NCBI GenBank assembly: GCA_963843145.1
Contig: CAWJJC010000022.1
Span: forward strand, 192,001-256,000
DNA: 64,000 bases
Reading direction: 5' to 3'
From: an uncultured delta proteobacterium
Lineage (GTDB): Bacteria; Desulfobacterota; RBG-13-43-22
Shown here piece by piece: positions 9,817 to 18,336 of this stretch; position 1 is the first letter of the stretch, and each line of letters begins with the position of its first letter. Both the position numbers and the translations under genes were made by a program. The notes under the pieces are model-generated. The model was given only the letters and a program-made list of their open reading frames with translations, was not told the origin of the DNA and ran no database searches.

Positions 9817-11388
9817 TTAACCGGCAACCATCACCGACTCCGCCAGCCGCCCTTCCTGATTAACCATAGCCGCGTTCAGGGGATTGTCTCCGTTATTCAC
9901 GATTTCCACCAGGGCTTCCACCACCTGCGGGTCGAACTGCGATTGACTGCAGCGGGTGATCTCCTGGAGGGCCTCTTCTTGATTCAGGGCTTTGCGGTAG
10001 GAGCGGTCGGAAGTCATGGCATCGTAGGCGTCCGCCACCGAAATAATCCGGCAGAGGAAAGGAATTTGATTCCCTTTTAAACCATCCGGATACCCGGCCC
10101 CATCCCAGCGTTCGTGGTGATGGCGGATGATGGACTTTTCCATGGCGGAAATTCCCAATTGATTGATGATCCGCTCTCCGGTGGTGGGATGCATCTTGAT
10201 CATATCGTATTCATCCTTATTCAGCCTGGAAGGCTTCAGCAGGACATAATCCTGGACCCCGATTTTCCCGATGTCGTGCAGCGGTCCGGCAAAGGCCAGG
10301 GCGGCAATTTCTTCTTCGGGGCGGTTCATTTTCCGGGCAATGGTCATGGCCAATTGGGTTACCCGCTCAGAATGCTTCATGGTGTAGGGGTCCTTGGCCT
10401 CTATAGTGCTGACCAGGGCCTTCAAGGTGGCATATAGATTTGAGACCACGTTTTCATACAGGGCGATATTTTCGATGGTCATGGCCGCCTTTTCGCTAAG
10501 AATCGAAAGCAAGAAAAGGTCTTCTTCGGAAAAGGGCCTCCCCTGATCACGATCGGCCAACTGCAACACCCCGAAGGTTTCCTGGCGAATCTTTAGGGGC
10601 ATGGCCAAAAAGGATGAAGGCTTTCCTCCCAGGGACTCGTCGGGAAAAGAGAGCAGGCTTTCTTCTCCCAAACCGAGGACGGGCATCCCGTCCTGGGCCA
10701 CCTTGCCCACAACCCCTTGGCCCAGGGGTACGACCAGGTGATTGATCAGGCTGGGATCCATTCCCACACCGGCAATCAATCGCAGTTGACCCGCCTCCCG
10801 ATCCCAGATGAAAAATGCCACCTTCCGGGCATCGGTCAGATGGGCGGCCATGTTGACAATCTGGTGGAAGAGGTCCTCTTTGCCCCGGACCTGGCTCAAC
10901 TGGTCCATGATGGTATACAAAATGGTTTGTTCCTTGACTTTCTTTTCCAGCTTCAGGTTCAGTTCTTCCAGGATTTTCTTGGCCCGGACTTCTTCCGTCA
11001 GCATCTTATTTTCATTGAGCAGTTTCTTCTCTTTGGTCAGTCGTTCCAAGGTCAGACTCACCTGTTCCAACTGGAAGGGTTTGATCAGGAAGTCCGAGGC
11101 CCCCTTTTGGATGGCCTCGATCATAATTTCAAAGGAAGGCTGGCCGGTCATGAGGACGATCATCACGTCCTTGTTAAGCTGCTTGATTCTGCCCAGGGTC
11201 TCCAGCCCGGTAAACCCGGGCATGTACATGTCCATGAAAACACAGTCCATTTCCACCTTCTGGATCCAATTGAGTCCCTCAATCCCGTCGGTGGCCAGAA
11301 AGACATTGTTGCCTTTGAACTCCCGCAGGTAGGCATCCAACAAATTGCGGATAATGGGATCGTCATCAACCACCAGTATGTTCATCAT
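9817..11388 (-). CDS. REC-GAF-HD-GYP cyclic di-GMP phosphodiesterase
   Basis: N-terminal receiver (VVDDD, DMYMP), GAF, AKDPYT..HSERV, HDIGK, HHERWDGAGYP, ADAYDAMTSDRSYR. Confidence 0.92.
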   Translation of the reverse strand: MMNILVVDDDPIIRNLLDAYLREFKGNNVFLATDGIEGLNWIQKVEMDCVFMDMYMPGFTGLETLGRIKQLNKDVMIVLMTGQPSFEIMIEAIQKGASDFLIKPFQLEQVSLTLERLTKEKKLLNENKMLTEEVRAKKILEELNLKLEKKVKEQTILYTIMDQLSQVRGKEDLFHQIVNMAAHLTDARKVAFFIWDREAGQLRLIAGVGMDPSLINHLVVPLGQGVVGKVAQDGMPVLGLGEESLLSFPDESLGGKPSSFLAMPLKIRQETFGVLQLADRDQGRPFSEEDLFLLSILSEKAAMTIENIALYENVVSNLYATLKALVSTIEAKDPYTMKHSERVTQLAMTIARKMNRPEEEIAALAFAGPLHDIGKIGVQDYVLLKPSRLNKDEYDMIKMHPTTGERIINQLGISAMEKSIIRHHHERWDGAGYPDGLKGNQIPFLCRIISVADAYDAMTSDRSYRKALNQEEALQEITRCSQSQFDPQVVEALVEIVNNGDNPLNAAMVNQEGRLAESVMVAG

Positions 11389-11441
11389 GATCTATTCCTT
11401 TATCTTATTACTTCAGGCGTCGAATCAACGCCCTACTCATC

Positions 11442-11468
11442 CTTTCGACTTTAACCGGCATTTTCTTA
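11442..11468 (-). promoter_or_regulatory. Putative sigma28 promoter of HD-GYP gene
   Basis: Minus strand TAAG-N15-GTCGAAAG. Confidence 0.45.
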
Positions 11469-11616
11469 AATACTTTTTTGGAGCAGACAACGGAAGGGCA
11501 ATGAAAGGGATCAATCTTCGGGCAATGGACTTCCATATGAGGGCGGAAACCTTTTTCCCCTTGACATTCTCTTTTTTACCTCATAAAATACCTCAAATAG
11601 ATGTAAGGAGAGAGTC

Positions 11617-11868
11617 ATGGGTCAGATTACAGTTCGGGGTTTAGGCCCGGAAATAGAACAAAAAATTAGGCAACTATCCAGGGACAAGCACCAGTCCATT
11701 AATTACGTTCTTACCGAAATCATTCGCCAAAAATTTGACGAGGGGAAGCGCATCTCCCCGGCCGCAACGCTAAAACATTTGGCAGGTGGATGGAGCGAAC
11801 AGGAAGCCTCGGATTTTCTGAATTCTATCGGGTCCTGCGAACAAATTGACGAGGAAATGTGGCGATGA
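11617..11868 (+). CDS. vapB: Antitoxin, FitA/Arc-like ribbon-helix-helix (VapB)
   Basis: MGQITVRGL..E RHH start; overlaps PIN toxin gene; acidic C-terminus EQIDEEMW. Confidence 0.8.
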   Translation: MGQITVRGLGPEIEQKIRQLSRDKHQSINYVLTEIIRQKFDEGKRISPAATLKHLAGGWSEQEASDFLNSIGSCEQIDEEMWR

Positions 11869-12272
11869 AGCTTCTTTTAGATACCAACGCCTATGTGGGA
11901 TTCAAAACGGGCCTCCCTGATCTGGTCGACTTCCTTCTGAAAGCAAGCCTGATTTTGATATCACCAATTATCTTGGGGGAATTGATTTTCGGATTTCGCA
12001 ACGGCACCAGATTCCAAGAAAATATGGATGAGCTCCATCAGTTTATCACTCATGATGCAGTGGAAGTGGTCCAGATAGGGGAAATCACCGCCGACCGCTA
12101 TTCAAGAATCGCCGAGCAACTCAAAAGACAAGGAACGCCCATCCCCACTAATGATATCTGGGTTGCAGCCCAGGCAATGGAGCAGGGCGCTGAACTAGTT
12201 ACCATGGATTATCATTTTGAGAAAATCAGAGGCCTGGTTTATCGCCTGTTTCCCACCTCTGAACAACGATGA
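11859..12272 (+). CDS. vapC: PIN-domain toxin VapC
   Basis: LLLDTNAY, ILGELIFG, GTPIPTNDIWVAAQA, LVTMDYHF. Confidence 0.92.
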   Translation: MAMKLLLDTNAYVGFKTGLPDLVDFLLKASLILISPIILGELIFGFRNGTRFQENMDELHQFITHDAVEVVQIGEITADRYSRIAEQLKRQGTPIPTNDIWVAAQAMEQGAELVTMDYHFEKIRGLVYRLFPTSEQR

Positions 12273-12298
12273 TCCTTTTCAGCGGATGGAAATTATAC

Positions 12299-12721
12299 TC
12301 ATTTCACCATATCAACAAATCGCGGCGAGTAGGATTGCGGCGGGATATATCTTTTGACGCCCTGAACCTCCCGGCCCAGGGTGGCCATCTCCTGCTTCAA
12401 ATCCCGGCAGCGCACCTCGGCGTACTGGAGACACTCCAAATTCAAGTCAAAGATCTCCTGCCAGGTTTCCTTAATCTTTCCGATCCAGGTCGCCAGTAAG
12501 GGTTCTCCTTTTTTCTCCAGAGGAACGGCTCGCCGTCCGGGGTAACCCTCCCGGGCGAGTTGTATGTCCACCAGATCGATGGTTTTCAGGATTTCTTCCC
12601 GCTCCCTGGTCAACTGGCTGATCTGGGGGTCCTGTCCCACTTCCAGGGCTTTTTTAAACCCCTCCATGTTGGCCTTGAGCCGGCGATAGAGTCCGTGTTT
12701 TTGCTGCAGTAGGTCAGTCAT
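12299..12721 (-). CDS. FlgN/FliT-like flagellar export chaperone
   Basis: All-helical 140 aa protein directly after fliS; C-terminal Y..P..PRFVD. Confidence 0.6.
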   Translation of the reverse strand: MTDLLQQKHGLYRRLKANMEGFKKALEVGQDPQISQLTREREEILKTIDLVDIQLAREGYPGRRAVPLEKKGEPLLATWIGKIKETWQEIFDLNLECLQYAEVRCRDLKQEMATLGREVQGVKRYIPPQSYSPRFVDMVK

Positions 12722-12786
12722 CAGGTACCCCTTATTCCCCCTTAGGTTTTTTGAGCAGTATGCGCTCGGCTCTCTGCGCCATGCCC

Positions 12787-13227
12787 TTAAACCGAAAATC
12801 CCCTGGCCGCCATGGCCATCTGGCCGTAGGTCTGGTTGGGCATCACCCCGGCCGAAGGCCGGGTATCGATCTCGGCCCAGGCGGAACGGAGTTCGGAAAG
12901 CATCTCGACAATCTGATCGACTAAGCGCATGTCGCCCTTCAAATCAGCATTAATTATGCTCTTTATGAAAAAACCATAGAGGGCCCGGAGATTTTGAGCA
13001 ATCTGACCACCGGCTTCCATATTTAAACATACCATCAATTCGGTTATTAAATTCTGGGCCCGGATTAATAATCTGGCCTTCTCCTCAAACTCTTTCTGCA
13101 GGTAGCACTCCACCCCCTGCTGCAAGGCCCGTATGGCTTCATCATAGCAAATCAGGATCAGTTCTTTTTGATCTGCAGTTTCCACGGCTACATGGTTATA
13201 ACGATTTAGTTGCCAGTACGACTTCAT
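12787..13227 (-). CDS. fliS: Flagellar export chaperone FliS
   Basis: VETADQKELILICYD, AQNLITELM, GGQIAQNLRALY, LRSAW. Confidence 0.92.
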   Translation of the reverse strand: MKSYWQLNRYNHVAVETADQKELILICYDEAIRALQQGVECYLQKEFEEKARLLIRAQNLITELMVCLNMEAGGQIAQNLRALYGFFIKSIINADLKGDMRLVDQIVEMLSELRSAWAEIDTRPSAGVMPNQTYGQMAMAARGFSV

Positions 13228-13247
13228 TCCTTCATTCCTCCTGACTT

Positions 13248-14864
13248 CTACTGTTGAGTGAGTCCGCTAATTTGAGAAGAAAGCCAGGAACTCATGCTCT
13301 GCATTTTTCCCAGAGCTGTTTCCATGGCTACATATTGATTCGTCAAGGTCTCCATCCGCTTGTCCAGCCGGGCTTCCATTTGTTTTATCTTATTATCCAG
13401 GTTGTCCATACTGGTTTGCAGGCTGGTTTGTTTATAGGCCAAGTACCCGCCATGACTGTCGGTGATGTTATACAAGGTCCGGGAGAAGGCCTCAGCGACA
13501 CCGAGGGTTAAGGTGACGTTACCTACATTACCGGTGGCTGTGCCGGAGTAACTCACCACCAGTCCCTCAATCGAGGTTCCGGGCGCCCCGGTTAAAGTAG
13601 TTCCGCTGCCGATGGCCGCCTCCCCGTTGATGGTCCCGGCCACATCCACCCCGGTCGAAGGCGCCTGGGTGATATCGATTACATAGGTCCCGGGGGTTGT
13701 TTTTACCCCATGGGTAACGTAGTTTAAATCGCCGGTGGAGGACGTTCCCTCGGCAATAAACAGCCTTTTGATGTCCTCGAAATTAGTCTCCAGGTACCCT
13801 GTGAGCTTGCTTTCGTTAACCGAAAGATTCCCTTGATTATCCAGATTGATCCCTGCCAGCCCTAAAGTGGAAAATTGAGACGATACTCCCCAGACCTGAT
13901 TGATCACGTTTTTTGTCAGGTTACTTTTTACCGACCTAAGGGTTGTGTCCCCAAATAATATACTGTTCGACTGCCCGTCTCCCTGATGATAAGTTGACTG
14001 GGTTTGAATAGAATTCAGGACCTGATTATATTGATCAACGAACTCTTTGATCAGGCTGGATACCCCATCTAAATCCCGATCTATATTTAACGTAATTGTC
14101 GTCCCGGGTTCGGCCTTTTTGAGGTTCAAGGTAATTCCGGGAAGGACATCGGTTATGGTATTGGACGATCGGGTCAGAGAAATCCCGTCAACCTTTAATT
14201 GGGCGTCCCGCCCGGTCTGAATCTCGGCAAATCCAAAGGCCGCCACCAAATCGGGCGAACCCTCTGGTTCCAGCGTAAACCCCGCCGCTCCTTCCTGCTG
14301 GCTGGTCAGGATCAGGCGATTATCGGTCGAAGAATAGGATACAATGGAGGCCGTAACCTTGGTGGCCTGGTCGCCGCTATTCAGATTGTTAATCTTGGTC
14401 CGGACATCCGCCAGGGTATCGCCCGCAACAACCGTCACCGTTCGGCCGTTAATTTGAAAGGCACCGGCGTAGCCATCACCCAAGGCGATCGATTGACTGG
14501 AAAAACTTTGGCTGGCTCGTTTTTGAACCCTGGCGGTTTGGAGTACCTCGATGTCGTAGGACCCCGTTTCCCCGGCGGCCCCAAGAGCGGCTGTTAGGAG
14601 GTCGTTGGGATCCGTGGCTGAGGAGGAACTGGAAGAACTGGTATAAAGATTAAATTCCTTCGCCGTATTCAGCTTTTCGGCGGCCGTCTTGAGAGAGAGC
14701 AATTTGGTATTTAATTCCTGCCAGGCTTTTAATTTGTCCCCGTAGGTGCCTTTCTGTTTGGTAAGCAAGTCGATGGGCCCATGTTCGGCCGTTCGCAGTT
14801 GATCGATCAGCGATCGCCAATCGATTCCGCTGCTCAATCCGCTGACACTAGTAGTGGAGGCCAT
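13248..14864 (-). CDS. fliD: Flagellar filament cap FliD
   Basis: SGLSSGID...LIDQL, TRSSNTITDVLPGITLNL, FVDQYN, QYVAMETAL. Confidence 0.95.
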   Translation of the reverse strand: MASTTSVSGLSSGIDWRSLIDQLRTAEHGPIDLLTKQKGTYGDKLKAWQELNTKLLSLKTAAEKLNTAKEFNLYTSSSSSSSATDPNDLLTAALGAAGETGSYDIEVLQTARVQKRASQSFSSQSIALGDGYAGAFQINGRTVTVVAGDTLADVRTKINNLNSGDQATKVTASIVSYSSTDNRLILTSQQEGAAGFTLEPEGSPDLVAAFGFAEIQTGRDAQLKVDGISLTRSSNTITDVLPGITLNLKKAEPGTTITLNIDRDLDGVSSLIKEFVDQYNQVLNSIQTQSTYHQGDGQSNSILFGDTTLRSVKSNLTKNVINQVWGVSSQFSTLGLAGINLDNQGNLSVNESKLTGYLETNFEDIKRLFIAEGTSSTGDLNYVTHGVKTTPGTYVIDITQAPSTGVDVAGTINGEAAIGSGTTLTGAPGTSIEGLVVSYSGTATGNVGNVTLTLGVAEAFSRTLYNITDSHGGYLAYKQTSLQTSMDNLDNKIKQMEARLDKRMETLTNQYVAMETALGKMQSMSSWLSSQISGLTQQ

Positions 14865-14884
14865 GAAACTTTTCCTCTTTAAGA

Positions 14885-15268
14885 TTATTCCAGCTTCTCA
14901 TCGACCAGAATACCGGTACCAGAACCGGTATTGCGGGAAAGTCGGGCGATTTCTTCTGGCGGTATCTGCCGTATCACTCTGCCCTCACTATCCAATACTC
15001 GGATGGTGACCCGACCGTTTTCCTGATTGGGGACAAATTCCAGGCTGTATTTGGTGGCATCCAGGAAGGCATTAATCCGGGCGGCCAGGACTTTCCGGGT
15101 TTCCTGACTGTTGGTAAATGGATCGGTCGAAGGCGCGATTTCCAGTGGCTTAGGTATCTTTTTGCCCGATTCCTGTCCCGGTTCCCCTTTGCTAACCTTT
15201 GGAATCGGTTGGGAACCCGCTAAAGAAACGCTGATGGGAACTTTTTCGCCAAATCCTATAGGCTCCAT
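14885..15268 (-). CDS. flaG: Flagellar protein FlaG
   Basis: VIRQIPPEEI..L...GILVDEK; between fliC and fliD; likely start MEPIG at 15268. Confidence 0.85.
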   Translation of the reverse strand: MEPIGFGEKVPISVSLAGSQPIPKVSKGEPGQESGKKIPKPLEIAPSTDPFTNSQETRKVLAARINAFLDATKYSLEFVPNQENGRVTIRVLDSEGRVIRQIPPEEIARLSRNTGSGTGILVDEKLE

Positions 15269-15343
15269 GGTGTTTTCTCCCTCACCTTGCTTAGGCGCTA
15301 ATCCACAGTGGGCAGGGTGTTCCCTACCCACTGTGGATTACGA

Positions 15344-16171
15344 TTACTTGAGCAGGCTGAGTATGTTCTGTGGCATCATGTTGGCCTGGGCCAGCATGGC
15401 CGTACCCGCTTGGAGCAAGATCTGGTTTTTGGTAAAAGTTACCATTTCAGCCGCCATATCTACATCACGAATGGCAGACTGGGAGGCGGATATATTTTCT
15501 ATCGATACCGCCAGGTTGGCAGAGGCATAATCAAATCGGCTTTGGGCCGCACCGATTTGGCCTAAGACGAAGTTCACTGAAACGAGAGAGGCATTGATAC
15601 TCGTTATGGCCGCCTGCGCACTAACCAAAGATCCCAGATTGATGGTACTCAGCCCCACGGAGCTGGAAAGCAAGCCATATGAAGTATTAACGGAAACCGT
15701 ATCTTCACCGTCAACGCTGGCGGACCCAATCTGGAAGGTCATGCTCAAATTTCCACTCAGCAGGTTCGTAGTGCCGTATTTAGTGTCTTTAGCGATACGA
15801 TCGATTTCATCCAACAGCTTCGACGCTTCTGCTTGTAAACCATCCCGACCAGTTTGATCCACGTTGCTGGAAGAAGCCGAAGTAGCCAGTTCCTTCAATC
15901 GTTCGATGATCCCTTCGATCTGGGTGGCTCCTCCTTCGGCCATCTGCAAAAGGGCATTGCCTTGGGTAACATTTAGCTGAGCTACCTGAAGCCCTCTAAC
16001 CTCCATCCTTAAATTATTGGCAATGGAAAGACCGGCGACATCGTCTTTGGCCTTATTGATCCGTAAACCGGAAGACAATCTTTCAATCGACTTCCCCATG
16101 ACGTTATCGGTTTGGGTTAACAGCCGGTGGGCATTCAAAGCCGCGAGGTTGGTGTTGATTCGAAGTGCCAT
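15344..16171 (-). CDS. fliC: Flagellin (short, 275 aa)
   Basis: MALRINTNLAAL, ERLSSGLRINKAKDD, IRDVDMAAEM, QAGTAMLAQAN. Confidence 0.97.
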   Translation of the reverse strand: MALRINTNLAALNAHRLLTQTDNVMGKSIERLSSGLRINKAKDDVAGLSIANNLRMEVRGLQVAQLNVTQGNALLQMAEGGATQIEGIIERLKELATSASSSNVDQTGRDGLQAEASKLLDEIDRIAKDTKYGTTNLLSGNLSMTFQIGSASVDGEDTVSVNTSYGLLSSSVGLSTINLGSLVSAQAAITSINASLVSVNFVLGQIGAAQSRFDYASANLAVSIENISASQSAIRDVDMAAEMVTFTKNQILLQAGTAMLAQANMMPQNILSLLK

Positions 16172-16178
16172 AGTTCAT

Positions 16179-16210
16179 TCCTCCTTGATTTTAATTTTGG
16201 CATCCTTGCC
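16179..16210 (-). promoter_or_regulatory. CsrA binding sites in flagellin leader
   Basis: GGCAAGGATGCC hairpin with GGA in loop, plus CAAGGAGG overlapping the RBS; same layout as B. subtilis hag. Confidence 0.7.
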
Positions 16211-16304
16211 TGAATTTCTTCAAAAACAAATCGGGTCTACCTGATTTTTATATCGTGCTAAACTATCCTCCTTTCCTTTGGGTTCGATGTTCATTTTGAA
16301 AATC

Positions 16305-16331
16305 TTATCGTCAGAACGGGGAAAAACTTAA
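16305..16331 (-). promoter_or_regulatory. sigma28 promoter of fliC
   Basis: Minus strand TTAA-N15-GACGATAA. Confidence 0.75.
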
Positions 16332-16358
16332 GGATTTTTTGGGAGGAGAAGGGACGGT

Positions 16359-18161
16359 TTATCGGGCGGCCGCGGAAAGGAAATTGGGGGTGAGGGCGGT
16401 TGTTGAGGCCTTTTTCAAAGCGGAAAGGTCATCTTCCAACCGTCTCAGGGTGGAGGACAAGTTCCCTATTGTTTTGGCTTCGACCACGATCTGCTCCAAT
16501 ATTTCCCGGGTGGGGTGAAGCGAAAAGCCGATATGAAGGGCTTGAATAGCCAGTGTGGGCTTTCCCCCCTGATCAAGGGCCCCGGCAATCTGGAAGAAAA
16601 GTTCTCCCAAATCCTGGAGGCTTTGGATGGTAAGGTTCCGATCTAAACACAGTAATTCTAGGAGTTCATCGCACACCTTCACCAGACCTTCCACCTCCCC
16701 AACCTTAAGGAAAAGGTCACAAAGATAGAGCCGGACATCCACTAATTGATGATCCAAAGCCAAGGCCTGCTTAAAATATTCGAGGGCCGGGTGATGTTTT
16801 TTCTGCTGATAAAAAACAAGTCCAAGATTAATCAGGGCCTCCAATCGATCAGTGTTTAATTCCAAGGCCTGCCGGAGGGCCTCTTCGGCTTCGGCCCATC
16901 GCTCCAGTTTTCGCAAACAAAGGCCCAGGTTGGAAAACATTATGTCCGAGGCCGCCCCTTTCTGAGCAGCCCTCTGAAAATAATCTACGGCCTCTGAAAA
17001 TTGATTATCCTCCAAGGCCAGCAAGCCTAAGAGTTCTAAGGGTTTGGAATTGTCAGGATCCCGAGCCAGGTACGCTTCCCACACCATCCCGGCCTGTTCT
17101 CTCATTCCTAAGTGTTTATAGCATTCGCATAAAGCATGGAATTGACCATAAGCAAATTGTTCCTGATTCACGGGAAAAATACTTAACTCCTGGGGTAATT
17201 CCAATGATCGGCGGAGTGGAAAGCAGGCGCTTTCATAATCTCCAGCCAGGAAATAACTCTCTCCCAATTCATATTGAACCATCGGATCATCGGGGTGCTC
17301 GTTGACCAATTTCTGGAATAAAAGCTTCGCTTCCGAAAACAGATTAAGTTTTAAGTAAAATTGACCCAAAAGTATGGCACTTTGAAGAAAAAATGCTTTT
17401 TCCCTTTTTTGGATAGTCGAATTTTCTGTAATTATTTTAATGTGTTTGATCGCCTCCTGATAACGGCCCTGTCCGGCCAGGGTGCGGGCCCCATAATAGC
17501 GACTGAATAAATCATTGGGATTCTTTTCTATATCCGCTTCCAATATGGCCCAGTTACGTTCGAATTTCCTTTTGATAGTTGTTGGATCGTTATATCCGGT
17601 ATGCCGAATCCGCATTGGGAGGTATTCAAGGGGTATCCTTAAGCGCTGGAGGCTAAAAACGGCTTGCTCGTGGACCCGCCCCTCAAATAGCACCCCCGGT
17701 TTCTTCGGGAAAAGGCGCATCTGATAAAAAGAGGTAACTCCTTCCTGAAGAGCATGGCTTTGAACAATAAAATAATATGCCTTTGTTCGATAGGGGCGAA
17801 GCTGGGATTTAATTTGACGAAGTTTTTCAATTTCTTCTGGATCGATCCGGTCATCGGCATCCAGCCAAAGGATATAATGGCCGGTGGCCCGCCGGATCGA
17901 TTCGTTCCGGGCGGCACTGAAATCATTTGTCCAGGGAAATTCAAAGACCTTGGCTCCCATCTGCAGGGCAATTTCTCGAGTATTATCCGTTGATCCGGTA
18001 TCCACAATGATGATTTCATCAACAACATCTTTTATACTTTCAAGACATTGAGGCAAAAACGCCTCTTCGTCTTTCACGATCATGCAAAGGGAAATGGTAG
18101 AAGGGCTTTTCTTGCGGGTAATCTGCATATTCTTACGAATTCTTTTCTCTTTTTTAGCCAT
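16359..18161 (-). CDS. GT2 glycosyltransferase with TPR repeats (probable flagellin glycosyltransferase)
   Basis: ISLCMIVKDEE, VDTGSTD, DFSAARN, WLDADD; TPR C-terminus; adjacent to fliC. Confidence 0.9.
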   Translation of the reverse strand: MAKKEKRIRKNMQITRKKSPSTISLCMIVKDEEAFLPQCLESIKDVVDEIIIVDTGSTDNTREIALQMGAKVFEFPWTNDFSAARNESIRRATGHYILWLDADDRIDPEEIEKLRQIKSQLRPYRTKAYYFIVQSHALQEGVTSFYQMRLFPKKPGVLFEGRVHEQAVFSLQRLRIPLEYLPMRIRHTGYNDPTTIKRKFERNWAILEADIEKNPNDLFSRYYGARTLAGQGRYQEAIKHIKIITENSTIQKREKAFFLQSAILLGQFYLKLNLFSEAKLLFQKLVNEHPDDPMVQYELGESYFLAGDYESACFPLRRSLELPQELSIFPVNQEQFAYGQFHALCECYKHLGMREQAGMVWEAYLARDPDNSKPLELLGLLALEDNQFSEAVDYFQRAAQKGAASDIMFSNLGLCLRKLERWAEAEEALRQALELNTDRLEALINLGLVFYQQKKHHPALEYFKQALALDHQLVDVRLYLCDLFLKVGEVEGLVKVCDELLELLCLDRNLTIQSLQDLGELFFQIAGALDQGGKPTLAIQALHIGFSLHPTREILEQIVVEAKTIGNLSSTLRRLEDDLSALKKASTTALTPNFLSAAAR

Positions 18162-18336
18162 TTATGTTTTGCCTTTCATTATCCCATTAATATCTTATTC
18201 ACTTTAAAATTATCCTGAGATTATGCTTTCAATTATCCTTTTGAAATTGCCAATCCATCTGAATGGCCTTCCCAGTTAGCCCACAACGAGGAGGGCGTTG
18301 CCTAAAGTCATAAAAACTTCCCGTTTCCTCTTGCCG

